Positions 36,958 through 46,690 of a stretch of 64,000 nt of DNA are shown one piece after another; position 1 is the first letter of the stretch; every line of letters begins with the position of its first letter. A program made the translations under genes and the position numbers. The notes beneath the pieces are model-generated. The model was not told where the DNA came from. It saw nothing but the letters and a program-made list of their open reading frames with translations, and made no database searches. Origin of the DNA: a virus (Duplodnaviria; Caudoviricetes); IMG/VR virus record IMGVR_UViG_3300028797_000101, positions 95,305-159,304 of that record. One strand, given 5' to 3'.

Positions 36958-37989
36958 ATGAGCTTAGCTACAAAATACAGACCATCTACTTGGTCAGACA
37001 TGACAGAGCAATCTCTTATAGTTAAGATGCTCAAGAATCTTTGCGAATCAGGGGAATTGTCTTGCAGAAACTTCCTTTTGATAGGTCCTGCAGGTGTAGG
37101 AAAAACTACAAGTGCTCGAATCATCGCTAAGGAATTGAACAATGGTGTTGGCGATACAATCGAGTTAGATGCTGCCTCCAATGGTAGTATAGATCGTGTC
37201 AGAGAACTGGTAGATCAGGCCCGATCATATCCTGTAGGGTGTAAGTACAAGGTGTTTATCTTGGACGAGGTTCATGCCTTCAGCCAGCAGGCTTGGCAGG
37301 TGCTCCTGAAAGCCCTCGAGGAAGGTCCGGCAAAGAGTGTGTTTATCTGCTGTACCACGAATCCTGAAAAGATCCCTGCAACTATTATTTCTCGTGTGCA
37401 AACATTCCAGTTATCTAAGATCAGCCTAGACGGTATTGTGGCTAGATTGACACATGTACTGGAGTGCGAAAATGCAGAAGGTGCAGGCATTACATATACT
37501 TCAGAAGCGATTGTATTTCTTGCGAAGTTAGCTAATGGCGGAATGAGAGACGCACTGACTCTGCTCGATAAAACTATATCTTACAGTAAAGATATCACAA
37601 TTGAGTCTCTTTCTGCTTCTCTCAATCTTCCAAACTACGATGACTACTTTGCATTGCTCAATGCGTATGCCAAGAAAGACAATGCCCAGATTGCTACCAT
37701 CATTCACACGGTATACAATTCTGGAGTAAACTTCACTAAGTGGTTTGAGGGTTTCCATAGCTTCGTTATAAATGTTGTAAAATACATTTTCTTACAGGAT
37801 ATTCAGGCCACTATGATACCTCCGTACTATCAGGATAAGATCGCGAAGTACGGAACAGCTCATTCTATCATATGTCTGAAACTCGCTAATAAGCTGCTTT
37901 CATTGCTTCATGAACTGAAAACTACTCAATATTTACAGGAAGTGGCGTTAACATATCTTTGCGGAATACCTGCTAAAGAGACGAAATAA
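36958..37989 (+). CDS. dnaX: DnaX-like clamp loader subunit (gamma/tau)
   Basis: LATKYRP, GPAGVGKTT, ELDAASN, ILDEVH, LKALEE, TIISR, GGMRDAL. Confidence 0.9.
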   Translation: MSLATKYRPSTWSDMTEQSLIVKMLKNLCESGELSCRNFLLIGPAGVGKTTSARIIAKELNNGVGDTIELDAASNGSIDRVRELVDQARSYPVGCKYKVFILDEVHAFSQQAWQVLLKALEEGPAKSVFICCTTNPEKIPATIISRVQTFQLSKISLDGIVARLTHVLECENAEGAGITYTSEAIVFLAKLANGGMRDALTLLDKTISYSKDITIESLSASLNLPNYDDYFALLNAYAKKDNAQIATIIHTVYNSGVNFTKWFEGFHSFVINVVKYIFLQDIQATMIPPYYQDKIAKYGTAHSIICLKLANKLLSLLHELKTTQYLQEVALTYLCGIPAKETK

Positions 37990-38003
37990 AGGAGATAGTT
38001 AGA

Positions 38004-38510
38004 ATGTATAAGGTACCTCAAGAATGTAAACAAGATCTAGAGGCTGTTTCGAACTACGCTTCTGAGATCTATAACAACACATTTTCGTCTTACCTGAAAG
38101 ATGTTAAAGAGCTCTACACTCAGGTTCAAGATACAGAACACGTTTCTCTGTCTGATACATCATTGGAGTGGATACTCACGACACTCCCTCTGAATCTGTT
38201 TACTGTATCAGAAAACTTGAATGACTTAAGGCTGAGGATAGAAGTTCTCAAACTTAAGGCAAGGGAGAAAGCTGAAGCAAAAGAAACTGTGTTAGAATAT
38301 CAGATTCTGAGAGCTATTTATGAAGCTGTAGTTTCTAGAGTGGAGAATGAGCTTTCTTTCTCCAGAGAGCTTATCATGGGAGCTAAGAAGATCTGGGACG
38401 CTAGACGAAGAGCAGAGACTCCAGCTGTCGGAGAAGTTGTTACCGAAGAATCTACGAAGCTTCCTGACTATGTTCCAGATTCATCTAGACGTCAGTACTA
38501 CGTGAAGTAA
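38004..38510 (+). CDS. hypothetical coiled-coil protein (possible recombination mediator)
   Basis: Helical; upstream of recA. Confidence 0.55.
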   Translation: MYKVPQECKQDLEAVSNYASEIYNNTFSSYLKDVKELYTQVQDTEHVSLSDTSLEWILTTLPLNLFTVSENLNDLRLRIEVLKLKAREKAEAKETVLEYQILRAIYEAVVSRVENELSFSRELIMGAKKIWDARRRAETPAVGEVVTEESTKLPDYVPDSSRRQYYVK

Positions 38511-38529
38511 AAAATAGATCTAACGGAGG

Positions 38530-38745
38530 TTGTATCTTATGTATCCTGAAATATGTAGCATGACGCTTACTTGGCATGATCTAAGGAGTTATCCTGAAGA
38601 TTTACCTAAAGAAACTGGATGGTACTTAATTAAAGTTAAAAGCTCAGATGATCTTCAATTAGTGTACGGTTTTGAAAAGATTACTGTTGAAATTGCAGAT
38701 CTTTGGGCTCTTATAGATTTAACTACTATGCTAAGAGAGGTGTGA
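38530..38745 (+). CDS. hypothetical protein
   Basis: WHDLRSYPEDLP...GWYL. Confidence 0.55.
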   Translation: MYLMYPEICSMTLTWHDLRSYPEDLPKETGWYLIKVKSSDDLQLVYGFEKITVEIADLWALIDLTTMLREV

Positions 38746-38746
38746 C

Positions 38747-39922
38747 ATGAGTTCATATCAAGACATAATCAACAAAAGAAAGAAAGATTGGAATTGCAGC
38801 CAGCTTATGGACAGGGCTTCTAGAGGTAAGAAACTTGCCTTTTCTAGCCCTCTGCTGAATTACGCGACCTACGGAGGCATTCCCCGTGCAGCGGTTACAG
38901 AGTTTTTCGGTGATCCAGGTGGCGGAAAGAGTACAACTGCAGTAGATATCTGCAAGAATGCTCACAAGTTGTTTGAAAAGGAGTACAATGACAAGCTGTA
39001 TGATCTGCAGATGAAAGCAAACGAAGGCGATAAATCGGCGCTTGTAGCTGTCGAAGATTTATCCGAACGCGGACCTAAGCGGATTCTTTACATTGACCTC
39101 GAGCATTCGTTTGACGATCTTTGGGCGAAAACATTAGGAATTGCGCAAGGTGAGTTAGACATCATGCAGCCGCCCGATGTTGTTGCTGAAGAAGTGCTTC
39201 AGACCGTGCAGGAGCTGATTGAGTCTGGTGAAGTAGGACTCTTAGTTCTCGACAGTATTCCCTCACTTGTCACTAAACAGGAGCTGGAGAAGAAGTTAGG
39301 CGAGAGAACTGTAGCATCTGTTGCAGGTTTGCTTACAGTATTCTTCCGGAAGATTGTGCCGATTCTAACCAGATACGATTGCACACTCCTTGTTATCAAT
39401 CAAACAAGAGATAACATGGACAATCCTTATGTGGTGAATACACCCGGCGGACGTGCTCTTAAGTTCTATGCTACATTGAGGATGTATTTTAAGATAGGCA
39501 CGCCTGTTGATTTCCTAGGAAACGATCTGCCAGCTAACGCTGAGAATCCTGCCGGTTACATTGTTAACGCTAAGATAGTAAAGCAGAAATCCGCCCCCTG
39601 GGACAGAAAGCTTGGATCATACTATCTCATGGCTCAATCAGGTATCCGAGTTGATATGGACTTCTGTCAGTTGGCTGTTAAGAAATATGGCATCATCAAG
39701 AAGGCCGGAGCTTGGTTCTCTTTGTGCAATCCAGAAACAGGTGAGATAGTATCAGATGATACAGGCAAGCCTGTAAAGCTGAACGGCATGGCTAAGGTTC
39801 TCGAATACATGCAAACGCATCCGGACTACTTTGAAATCCTTCAGAAATACATCATTGATGACATTGAGCACAACTCCAAGGAAGATGCTGAAGGAGGCGT
39901 AGAATCTGATGATGCCTACTAA
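38747..39922 (+). CDS. recA: RecA recombinase
   Basis: GGIPR, GDPGGGKST, YIDLEH, VLDS, INQ.R, TPGGRALKFYA, KAGAWF. Confidence 0.93.
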   Translation: MSSYQDIINKRKKDWNCSQLMDRASRGKKLAFSSPLLNYATYGGIPRAAVTEFFGDPGGGKSTTAVDICKNAHKLFEKEYNDKLYDLQMKANEGDKSALVAVEDLSERGPKRILYIDLEHSFDDLWAKTLGIAQGELDIMQPPDVVAEEVLQTVQELIESGEVGLLVLDSIPSLVTKQELEKKLGERTVASVAGLLTVFFRKIVPILTRYDCTLLVINQTRDNMDNPYVVNTPGGRALKFYATLRMYFKIGTPVDFLGNDLPANAENPAGYIVNAKIVKQKSAPWDRKLGSYYLMAQSGIRVDMDFCQLAVKKYGIIKKAGAWFSLCNPETGEIVSDDTGKPVKLNGMAKVLEYMQTHPDYFEILQKYIIDDIEHNSKEDAEGGVESDDAY

Positions 39923-40373
39923 GTATTTTAGCACAAAGCAAGAAACTGCAGTAGCTAAGTATCTTGAATGGGAAGTTGTATCTGGTAGCGGTGCTAGGGA
40001 TACACTTCCCGGAGATGTTATCTCAAATGAATGGTTAGGTGAATGTAAAACACATGTAGTGTCTAGCGAAACCATTACATTTGAGCTGGGTCATTGGCAG
40101 AAGATAAAGGCTGAAGCTCTTGCAAAATTTAAGAATCCTGTTCTCATCTGCGACAATGGTACTCAAGAGACACGAAACACTTGGTGCATGTTTTCTGCAG
40201 ATTACTTTGATTTAACATCTTACACTGTTGAAAATCTTTCCGTAGCTATTCGGAAGAATTTCAAGTTGAAGCTCAAGGATTTTCGTCGCCACGTTGTTTA
40301 TTCGTTCATGTATGATGACGCTAAGGTCTGCGTAGCTCACATAAGCATATTTAAGGAACTTCTTGGAGGTTGA
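39909..40373 (+). CDS. Holliday junction resolvase-like nuclease
   Basis: QE..VAK...SGSGA...GDV...LGECKT. Confidence 0.7.
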   Translation: MMPTKYFSTKQETAVAKYLEWEVVSGSGARDTLPGDVISNEWLGECKTHVVSSETITFELGHWQKIKAEALAKFKNPVLICDNGTQETRNTWCMFSADYFDLTSYTVENLSVAIRKNFKLKLKDFRRHVVYSFMYDDAKVCVAHISIFKELLGG

Positions 40374-40376
40374 TCT

Positions 40377-41291
40377 ATGCTAACAATACAGACTGTAGGA
40401 TCTGAAATACTTCAGAAAAATCCCAGAAAGTTTTATGTATTTGCCGGATCGGAATATGGAATAAAAGAGAAATACCTAAGTATTCTTCAGGAATATTACG
40501 GGACAAAGATTGAATCACCTAGTGTAATTTCTGTATTAGATAACATGGCGACTAAACATTTTGTTCCTCTAACACCAACTGTGTATGTAGTTAGATATGA
40601 CGACACTTTTGTAGCTGCTTTGGATGCAGCGTTAGCTAGACGTATTGAGACAACTAAGATAGTTGGTACTATAGTATGCATCATTGAGCAGAACAAGCAA
40701 GCTCAAAAGGTTGATAAGTTTCTTCCTAATAATATAGTGACAATCGACGAAGTTCACTCTCAGTTCTTAACTAAATATCTCCATCAAGATTTCCCTACCT
40801 TGCCAGATAGATTCATCAATGTTGCTGCAGAAACTGCTAGTAACTACAGTCATGCTAGACACATATGCTATTGTATGTCACAAGTGTCGGTTAATGAGCT
40901 ATTTGAATTACCCGATCCTTCTTTGAAGAAGCTATTTGGTGTAGTAGACACTGTAACAGAGGCTGATATGAAGATAGCTGTAGCTGCAAGAAACTTTGCT
41001 AGAGTTTTAGACATTATACAGCACAGCGGTGCAGCTTTAGAAACACTTCACTACACAATACTCAACACTATGATCGAAATCGACAAACTTCTGGAAAATA
41101 AGTACACGGAGTCAGTTCTTAGAAACTACGTGAAGCGGTGGTCACATCAAGATACATACAACATGTTCATGAATACTTATGCAGAACTTCAGAAGATAAG
41201 ATCTATTTCAGTGGACACAGAAAGCAGTTTGATTTATCTTGCATCTCTGCTTCAATTTTCTACCATTCCTGCAAAGGAGGCCTTACAATGA
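40377..41291 (+). CDS. clamp loader delta-like (HolA-like) subunit
   Basis: FYVFAGSEYGIKEKY N-terminus typical of delta; size and context. Confidence 0.55.
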   Translation: MLTIQTVGSEILQKNPRKFYVFAGSEYGIKEKYLSILQEYYGTKIESPSVISVLDNMATKHFVPLTPTVYVVRYDDTFVAALDAALARRIETTKIVGTIVCIIEQNKQAQKVDKFLPNNIVTIDEVHSQFLTKYLHQDFPTLPDRFINVAAETASNYSHARHICYCMSQVSVNELFELPDPSLKKLFGVVDTVTEADMKIAVAARNFARVLDIIQHSGAALETLHYTILNTMIEIDKLLENKYTESVLRNYVKRWSHQDTYNMFMNTYAELQKIRSISVDTESSLIYLASLLQFSTIPAKEALQ

Positions 41292-42070
41292 ATCTGATGT
41301 GTCAAAAACAAGCACTTGAGCAACTTCAGAGAATTTCAGATGCTGACAATCACAGTATTTTGATAGAAGGGATCAAAGGGTGCGGGAAAACTTATCTAGC
41401 TTCTCAATTTGCTAAGATGAAGAATATTGAAGACTACACAGTAGTAGAGGCGAATGTGAATAGCATAAAGGACATGATTGAACGATCTTGTTCGCTAACC
41501 AATGACATGATAATGTGCGTAGAAAATCTCGATCTGGGCGTATCTGCTGCAGCATTCACACTTCTGAAATACTTAGAAGAACCTCGATCTAATGTTTACA
41601 TCATAGTTACTTGCAGAAACATAAACAATGTTCCGGACACTATCTTAAGCAGAAGCGTAACTGTGACGGTAGCACCTCCGATAGACTCAGACATACTCAC
41701 CTACGCAAAGACAAAGGACCTGACTCGCTTACAGATACTGAAAGGGCTTCCATTATGGAATGTGGTCAGATCTTTTCAAGACGTTGATATGCTTTTTCTG
41801 CTTACTCCAGAAAAGATCGACTATTTAACAGGTCTGAACAAGATAAAGCTTTCTAATCATGTTTCGGATATCATCTGGCAGATGGGCCACTATCTTGACA
41901 GTTCAGAAACAGATATAGATTTTGTCATTCGTTATATAATGTTATCAACAAACAGTAAATACATGAAGCAGTGTTGTATTGAATGTTTAACTGAGCTATC
42001 ATATAATCGAGTAGCAACTCATGCTACTTTAGCCAAATTGGCATTTGAATTAAAGTATGGAGGTTACTAA
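41288..42070 (+). CDS. clamp loader delta-prime-like (HolB-like) subunit
   Basis: HSILIEG..GCGKT, LLKYLEEP, PDTILSR. Confidence 0.75.
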   Translation: MNLMCQKQALEQLQRISDADNHSILIEGIKGCGKTYLASQFAKMKNIEDYTVVEANVNSIKDMIERSCSLTNDMIMCVENLDLGVSAAAFTLLKYLEEPRSNVYIIVTCRNINNVPDTILSRSVTVTVAPPIDSDILTYAKTKDLTRLQILKGLPLWNVVRSFQDVDMLFLLTPEKIDYLTGLNKIKLSNHVSDIIWQMGHYLDSSETDIDFVIRYIMLSTNSKYMKQCCIECLTELSYNRVATHATLAKLAFELKYGGY

Positions 42071-43029
42071 TGGAAAAGTATGTATTTTCAGGATCTTTGA
42101 CACAATCAATGCACGACATGTTGATTGCTCTTCCCGAGTTTGAGCCACTTGACATTCTTATTTCGCAGTTAGATCGTTCTGCGATTACAAAAGCTATTGA
42201 GTGGAAACACGAAGGCTTCTGTAGATGGCTTTTCATAGATTCCGGAGCTTTCAGTATTCATACCGGTAATGCTAATACAACTGTTGACGAATACATCGCT
42301 TACTTGAACAGCATTGATGACGACATAGACGTATTCGCTCAGCTAGATACCATTCCTGGTCATTTCGGTCAGCCTAAGTCGAAGGAAGATTATGAAGAAT
42401 CTGCCAGGAAGTCCTGGGAGAACTTTTTATACATGAGATCAAAAGTAAAGTCTCCTCACAAGTTGATGCCTGTATTCCACTACGGAGAAGAGATGCAGGT
42501 TCTCAAAGATATGCTCGCCTGGAAGGACGAGAATGGTCAGCCTCTGGATTATGTAGGAATCTCGCCTGCAAATGATGCATCGGTTGAGATGAAAGATGTT
42601 TATCTTAAAGAAGTTTTCGACATAATCAAAGCTTCTGGTAACCCCAATGTGAAGACTCACTTGTATGGATACACTTCCTTACAAGGACTTGGAAAGTTCC
42701 CTTGCTATTCGGCTGACTCTATTTCACACAGACTTATCAGCGGGTATGCAAAGATACTATCTAGAAACTTTGGTGTAATATCTGTGTCTAAGAGAAGCCG
42801 CACGTCCAAGACAAAATCCAACATGAGTTTCCTGGAAACTTGCGATGAATTCAATAAGCAGAAGCTCATTGAAGAGATTGAATCACTTGGATTTACACTT
42901 GAACAGATAGAAGAGGATTCTTCTGCTAGAGTTGTAATGACCATGCACAACATACAGAAGATGATCAAGAATGAATACGCTTACAAGCCTTCAAATCTGA
43001 AAAGGACTAAGAAGCTATTCTCCATCTGA
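42070..43029 (+). CDS. dpdA: DpdA/TGT-like 7-deazaguanine DNA transglycosylase
   Basis: FIDSGAFS, QLD.IPG, PVFH.GE, HLYG, SADS motifs of the TGT fold. Confidence 0.75.
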   Translation: MEKYVFSGSLTQSMHDMLIALPEFEPLDILISQLDRSAITKAIEWKHEGFCRWLFIDSGAFSIHTGNANTTVDEYIAYLNSIDDDIDVFAQLDTIPGHFGQPKSKEDYEESARKSWENFLYMRSKVKSPHKLMPVFHYGEEMQVLKDMLAWKDENGQPLDYVGISPANDASVEMKDVYLKEVFDIIKASGNPNVKTHLYGYTSLQGLGKFPCYSADSISHRLISGYAKILSRNFGVISVSKRSRTSKTKSNMSFLETCDEFNKQKLIEEIESLGFTLEQIEEDSSARVVMTMHNIQKMIKNEYAYKPSNLKRTKKLFSI

Positions 43030-43049
43030 TGAACTTATCGCAAACTATC

Positions 43050-43084
43050 AGGTTGTGTGTCACAATTAGGCACACAACCTTTTA
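43050..43084 (+). terminator. intrinsic terminator
   Basis: AGGTTGTGTGTC-N7-GGCACACAACCT-TTT. Confidence 0.75.
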
Positions 43085-43114
43085 TATTTTTATCAATGTA
43101 GAGGAGGTTCAATC

Positions 43115-43369
43115 ATGTCGCGTATTCCTACATTTTTAATAGATGCTCAAGAAGCTAGAGAAATATCGAATGAGTCACCGCAGCAGCTTGAAAGACAATC
43201 TGTAGCTTACTGCATCAATACTGCAGTATACACAGGATTGCACGAAACACTCTGGCAACACCCTTTGAGTGAGGAGTTAAAAGCAGAGCTGGAAGCTCTC
43301 GGGTATCAAGTTAGAAACGATGCAAAATCTGCAGACCCTAACACGGCTTGGATAATTGGAGGATTTTAA
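43115..43369 (+). CDS. hypothetical protein
   Basis: GAGGAGG RBS; DAQEAREIS...LEALGYQV. Confidence 0.65.
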   Translation: MSRIPTFLIDAQEAREISNESPQQLERQSVAYCINTAVYTGLHETLWQHPLSEELKAELEALGYQVRNDAKSADPNTAWIIGGF

Positions 43370-43761
43370 TGAATCTTGAAAACATAGCATTTTGTGTAAA
43401 TGCTGTAACTCAACAAGAAGTCGGGTATGATTCTGGATTTTTTAATGTTGACGAGACTTCAGATGTTCTTCACATTAAACTTCCGTCCTACATCATACGT
43501 GATTATTCTATCTACAGTATAAAGCCAGTCACTGATCAAAAAGATGCTGTAGATATTGTCGCATATGCAAAATATGTACCTTACAGAAGGTGGATTGACA
43601 TAGCTTCATCTCATCTAGATTTGGCTGTAGGGTATCACATGTATAAGTTAGGGTTTGTGAACAAGCAAACTAATGATGTTGTTTACTTGTATTTCGCATA
43701 TCGCATTCAATCCAATTATCCTGATAGACCTTATTACTACATGGGAGGCTTAACAGAATGA
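43369..43761 (+). CDS. hypothetical protein
   Basis: TAATG coupling, GGAGG RBS. Confidence 0.65.
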   Translation: MNLENIAFCVNAVTQQEVGYDSGFFNVDETSDVLHIKLPSYIIRDYSIYSIKPVTDQKDAVDIVAYAKYVPYRRWIDIASSHLDLAVGYHMYKLGFVNKQTNDVVYLYFAYRIQSNYPDRPYYYMGGLTE

Positions 43762-44840
43762 GTGATGTGTTTTCTGCTTATAAATACTACAACGCTAACA
43801 CACGTAACAATGATGTAGGTGATTGTGTCAAAAGAGCGATTTCACTCGCTCTTGGAAGAGATTATGACCAAGTGGGTGCTGAATTAAACAAGATGAAGCG
43901 TGCTCTTGGTGCAACAGCTTTTAACACACCTACTGTGTATGGTAGATACTTAAAACAGTTCAATATTACGCCTCAACCTCTTCATCCAACTGCAGAAAAT
44001 TCTGTTACAGAAACTGAATTTGCAGAAGCTCATCCAAGCGGGACATACATTCTGGAAGTAGGCAGACCAAAACTTCGCAGCGGACCGTACAAATATTATC
44101 TACCTTCAAATCATCTAGTAACAATCATTGACGGTGACATATATGATTCTTGGAATAGCTCGGATGATATAGTACATGTAGTGTACAAGGTCAAAGAAGA
44201 ATCTACAAGTTTCAATTCATATGATATGTCAAATGTACTTACTGCTGTAGTGTCTTATATAGAAGAGCTACTGCCTAAGTACAATGATCAGTACATAAAC
44301 AACCTCTCAGCTACGTCAAACTGTCGCGTATTAAATAATGATACTGCGCAGTTCTTCGTGAGATTTCATACATCTTCTGAGGTTCCGAGATATTGTGAAT
44401 ACATAGCTGATAGATACTATTCTCATAAGCTTGTTCTGAAGTGTACGCCTACCATATCCGAAGAAGAAAACATTGCTAAGCTGAAAGCAAAGTGCAAACA
44501 GAAGGTGTATGACTATTTCTACAATGTGAAGAAAGCAATAAAGGATTCTGTTGCAGCACAGTCACCTGAGATAAAAGTGCGTTATTCAGAAGATAGACGA
44601 TTTGTTGCATCGCTTCCACAGTGGTGCTGGCCGCTGATAACTAGTGTAGACATCGCTACAGATTCTTATGTAGAATGGTCAGGAGTTCCAAAGTACGTAG
44701 TTTACATGGACGCATTAGATGGAGATCCGAGGAAAGAAGAATCTCCGGAAGTTCGAATAGAAGGCGACACCTTAAGAGAGTTCAAGAGCAATCTTGAAGA
44801 CTACAAGCAGACCTTCCGAAGACCTAATTACGATTATTGA
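43758..44840 (+). CDS. protein with N-terminal papain/C39-like Cys-His-Asp domain
   Basis: GDCVKRAIS...NHLVTIIDGDIYDSW. Confidence 0.55.
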   Translation: MSDVFSAYKYYNANTRNNDVGDCVKRAISLALGRDYDQVGAELNKMKRALGATAFNTPTVYGRYLKQFNITPQPLHPTAENSVTETEFAEAHPSGTYILEVGRPKLRSGPYKYYLPSNHLVTIIDGDIYDSWNSSDDIVHVVYKVKEESTSFNSYDMSNVLTAVVSYIEELLPKYNDQYINNLSATSNCRVLNNDTAQFFVRFHTSSEVPRYCEYIADRYYSHKLVLKCTPTISEEENIAKLKAKCKQKVYDYFYNVKKAIKDSVAAQSPEIKVRYSEDRRFVASLPQWCWPLITSVDIATDSYVEWSGVPKYVVYMDALDGDPRKEESPEVRIEGDTLREFKSNLEDYKQTFRRPNYDY

Positions 44841-44848
44841 GGAGGAAC

Positions 44849-45547
44849 ATGATGAAAGCTATTTTTGCAAGTAAGTTGTATGCAGCATCCTCTCGCAAAG
44901 ATCATATACGCGCAGCATTATCAGATCCGCTGAACAAAGAGCTAGTGCAACAGCTTAGATCATATCTAAGTGAAGACACAAAAGAGGAAATTTCTGAACC
45001 TGCTCAAGAATCTTTTGAAGAGCATTACGCCGCTCCTGATGGGTGGGAGGAAGATGAAAAACCTAGTTCAGGCCATCGAGTTGATACAGCTCCAAGATCT
45101 ACTCCGCCTTCCGGAGGATCTGGTCATCTTACAGAGTCCTGGGAGAATGCAGAAGATCTTGATCTTCCAGACGCATCAGAGGGTGAGTTTGAAGAGGGTG
45201 GTTCAGAATCAAATCAAGTACAAGATGACGTAGGTGCTCCGGAAATTCAGGACAACCTTCCTGACGAAACAGCACAAGCTTCTACAGCAATCACAGGAGT
45301 AGACGAAGGTCAAGTATCTGTACCTTCTGATACAGAGATACAAGAACTTTTAAAATCGCAAGAACAATGCCAAGGCGTGAGAAAGGTTTCATTACAAGGT
45401 GATGAGATCTGGGTGTACTATTCAGATAACATCAACTTGAATAACGTGATGGAACCTACCATATCGGCACTTGCAAGCTATCCAAACATCGAGTTCAACA
45501 GACTCGCAAGAACATATAACGCAGTAGTGTTTACAGTAGAGGAGTAA
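44849..45547 (+). CDS. hypothetical acidic protein
   Basis: GGAGG RBS; low-complexity middle. Confidence 0.7.
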   Translation: MMKAIFASKLYAASSRKDHIRAALSDPLNKELVQQLRSYLSEDTKEEISEPAQESFEEHYAAPDGWEEDEKPSSGHRVDTAPRSTPPSGGSGHLTESWENAEDLDLPDASEGEFEEGGSESNQVQDDVGAPEIQDNLPDETAQASTAITGVDEGQVSVPSDTEIQELLKSQEQCQGVRKVSLQGDEIWVYYSDNINLNNVMEPTISALASYPNIEFNRLARTYNAVVFTVEE

Positions 45548-45550
45548 TCA

Positions 45551-45877
45551 ATGCCTGGAGTAGAAAACCTTTCTATCACAGAAGAGCTTGATTTCGCATA
45601 TTTACTTGAATTACTTCCAGTTTTACACAATGTACCAGAGTATTCTTGGTTACCTGAATTATTCGCAATAGTCGGGCACGAAAGACTCATCGACTTGTGT
45701 AGATACGCAGGTGGAGAAACAATTACTATTCCAACATTAGATCAACTTACTAACAGTATAGAGGCGCTTCAATGGTTCTATGATGTGGCAATCAAGAAAG
45801 TAAAGAAGTCAGAAGATGTTCCTGAAAACCTTCAATCACTCTTTCAGAGGATAGTAGTTGAGCACAATGCTAAATAG
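45551..45877 (+). CDS. Mor-like transcription activator domain protein
   Basis: IVG.ERLIDLCRYAGGETITIP. Confidence 0.55.
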   Translation: MPGVENLSITEELDFAYLLELLPVLHNVPEYSWLPELFAIVGHERLIDLCRYAGGETITIPTLDQLTNSIEALQWFYDVAIKKVKKSEDVPENLQSLFQRIVVEHNAK

Positions 45878-46064
45878 TATATATAAGTTAGTAAAAACTT
45901 CACCTTGTATAACATTTGAAGAGAAGTATCAAGCATATGTTATGATGATGCAAGATAAAGTTATAGAAGCCGAAGCTTCTTTCTTATTTCATCATCAGTT
46001 TCTAACACCGGAAGTAATCGGTAGTATAATTGATAACTACTACAAGGAGTTAAGCAAATGTTAA
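45867..46064 (+). CDS. hypothetical protein
   Basis: Fills the gap between flanking genes. Confidence 0.45.
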   Translation: MLNSIYKLVKTSPCITFEEKYQAYVMMMQDKVIEAEASFLFHHQFLTPEVIGSIIDNYYKELSKC

Positions 46065-46516
46065 CCAGTCCAAATCTGCAGCAAGCTTATGTGGAGATGT
46101 ATAAAGCACTTAGAGAATACATATGGGAGTTCCGTACAGTTGAAACTCTTGCTAATTTAGAGATAGAGACGTTCGTAGCGTTCCCTAATCTCCTTAAAGT
46201 TAAGCAGCTGTATTCTGAGCTCAAGTTGCTGACCAACGAAGTAGCTGCAGAGGACAAAGAACTCGAAAAATCAATGAAGAAATTTGGAGATTTACTTGAA
46301 AATGTAAACTCCTTATATCTTAAACCATATATAGTAAACGAGGTGATTCAAGATGCAGATATCCAAGACAAAGAGAGTGAAGAATCCGGAAGTGAAGACA
46401 CAGGAAGCGAAGACACAGGAAGTGAAGGCACAGGAAGTGAAGGCGTCGAAGACGACCGAGACGAAGAAGCCGGTGGAAGCGAAGACGACTATTTTGAAAG
46501 TACAGAAGAAGCTTGA
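46058..46516 (+). CDS. hypothetical protein with acidic repeat tail
   Basis: AAGGAG RBS; GSEDT repeats. Confidence 0.65.
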   Translation: MLTSPNLQQAYVEMYKALREYIWEFRTVETLANLEIETFVAFPNLLKVKQLYSELKLLTNEVAAEDKELEKSMKKFGDLLENVNSLYLKPYIVNEVIQDADIQDKESEESGSEDTGSEDTGSEGTGSEGVEDDRDEEAGGSEDDYFESTEEA

Positions 46517-46655
46517 TCAAGGATACGATAAAGCTGAAATCCATATTCGTGCAGCTATTGAATGCCTGGGCGCTAAGGCCATAAACGGCGACACTAAAGC
46601 CAAAGAGTCTATCGCCAATCTGGGCGTAGTTTTACTGGACCTCAAGTCTAAGTAA
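46353..46655 (+). CDS. hypothetical basic protein overlapping previous gene
   Basis: GAGGTG RBS; EVKTQ repeats; helical C-terminus. Confidence 0.6.
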   Translation: MQISKTKRVKNPEVKTQEAKTQEVKAQEVKASKTTETKKPVEAKTTILKVQKKLDQGYDKAEIHIRAAIECLGAKAINGDTKAKESIANLGVVLLDLKSK

Positions 46656-46690
46656 CATAGCTACATTTACAATTGAATCAGGAGGTAATA

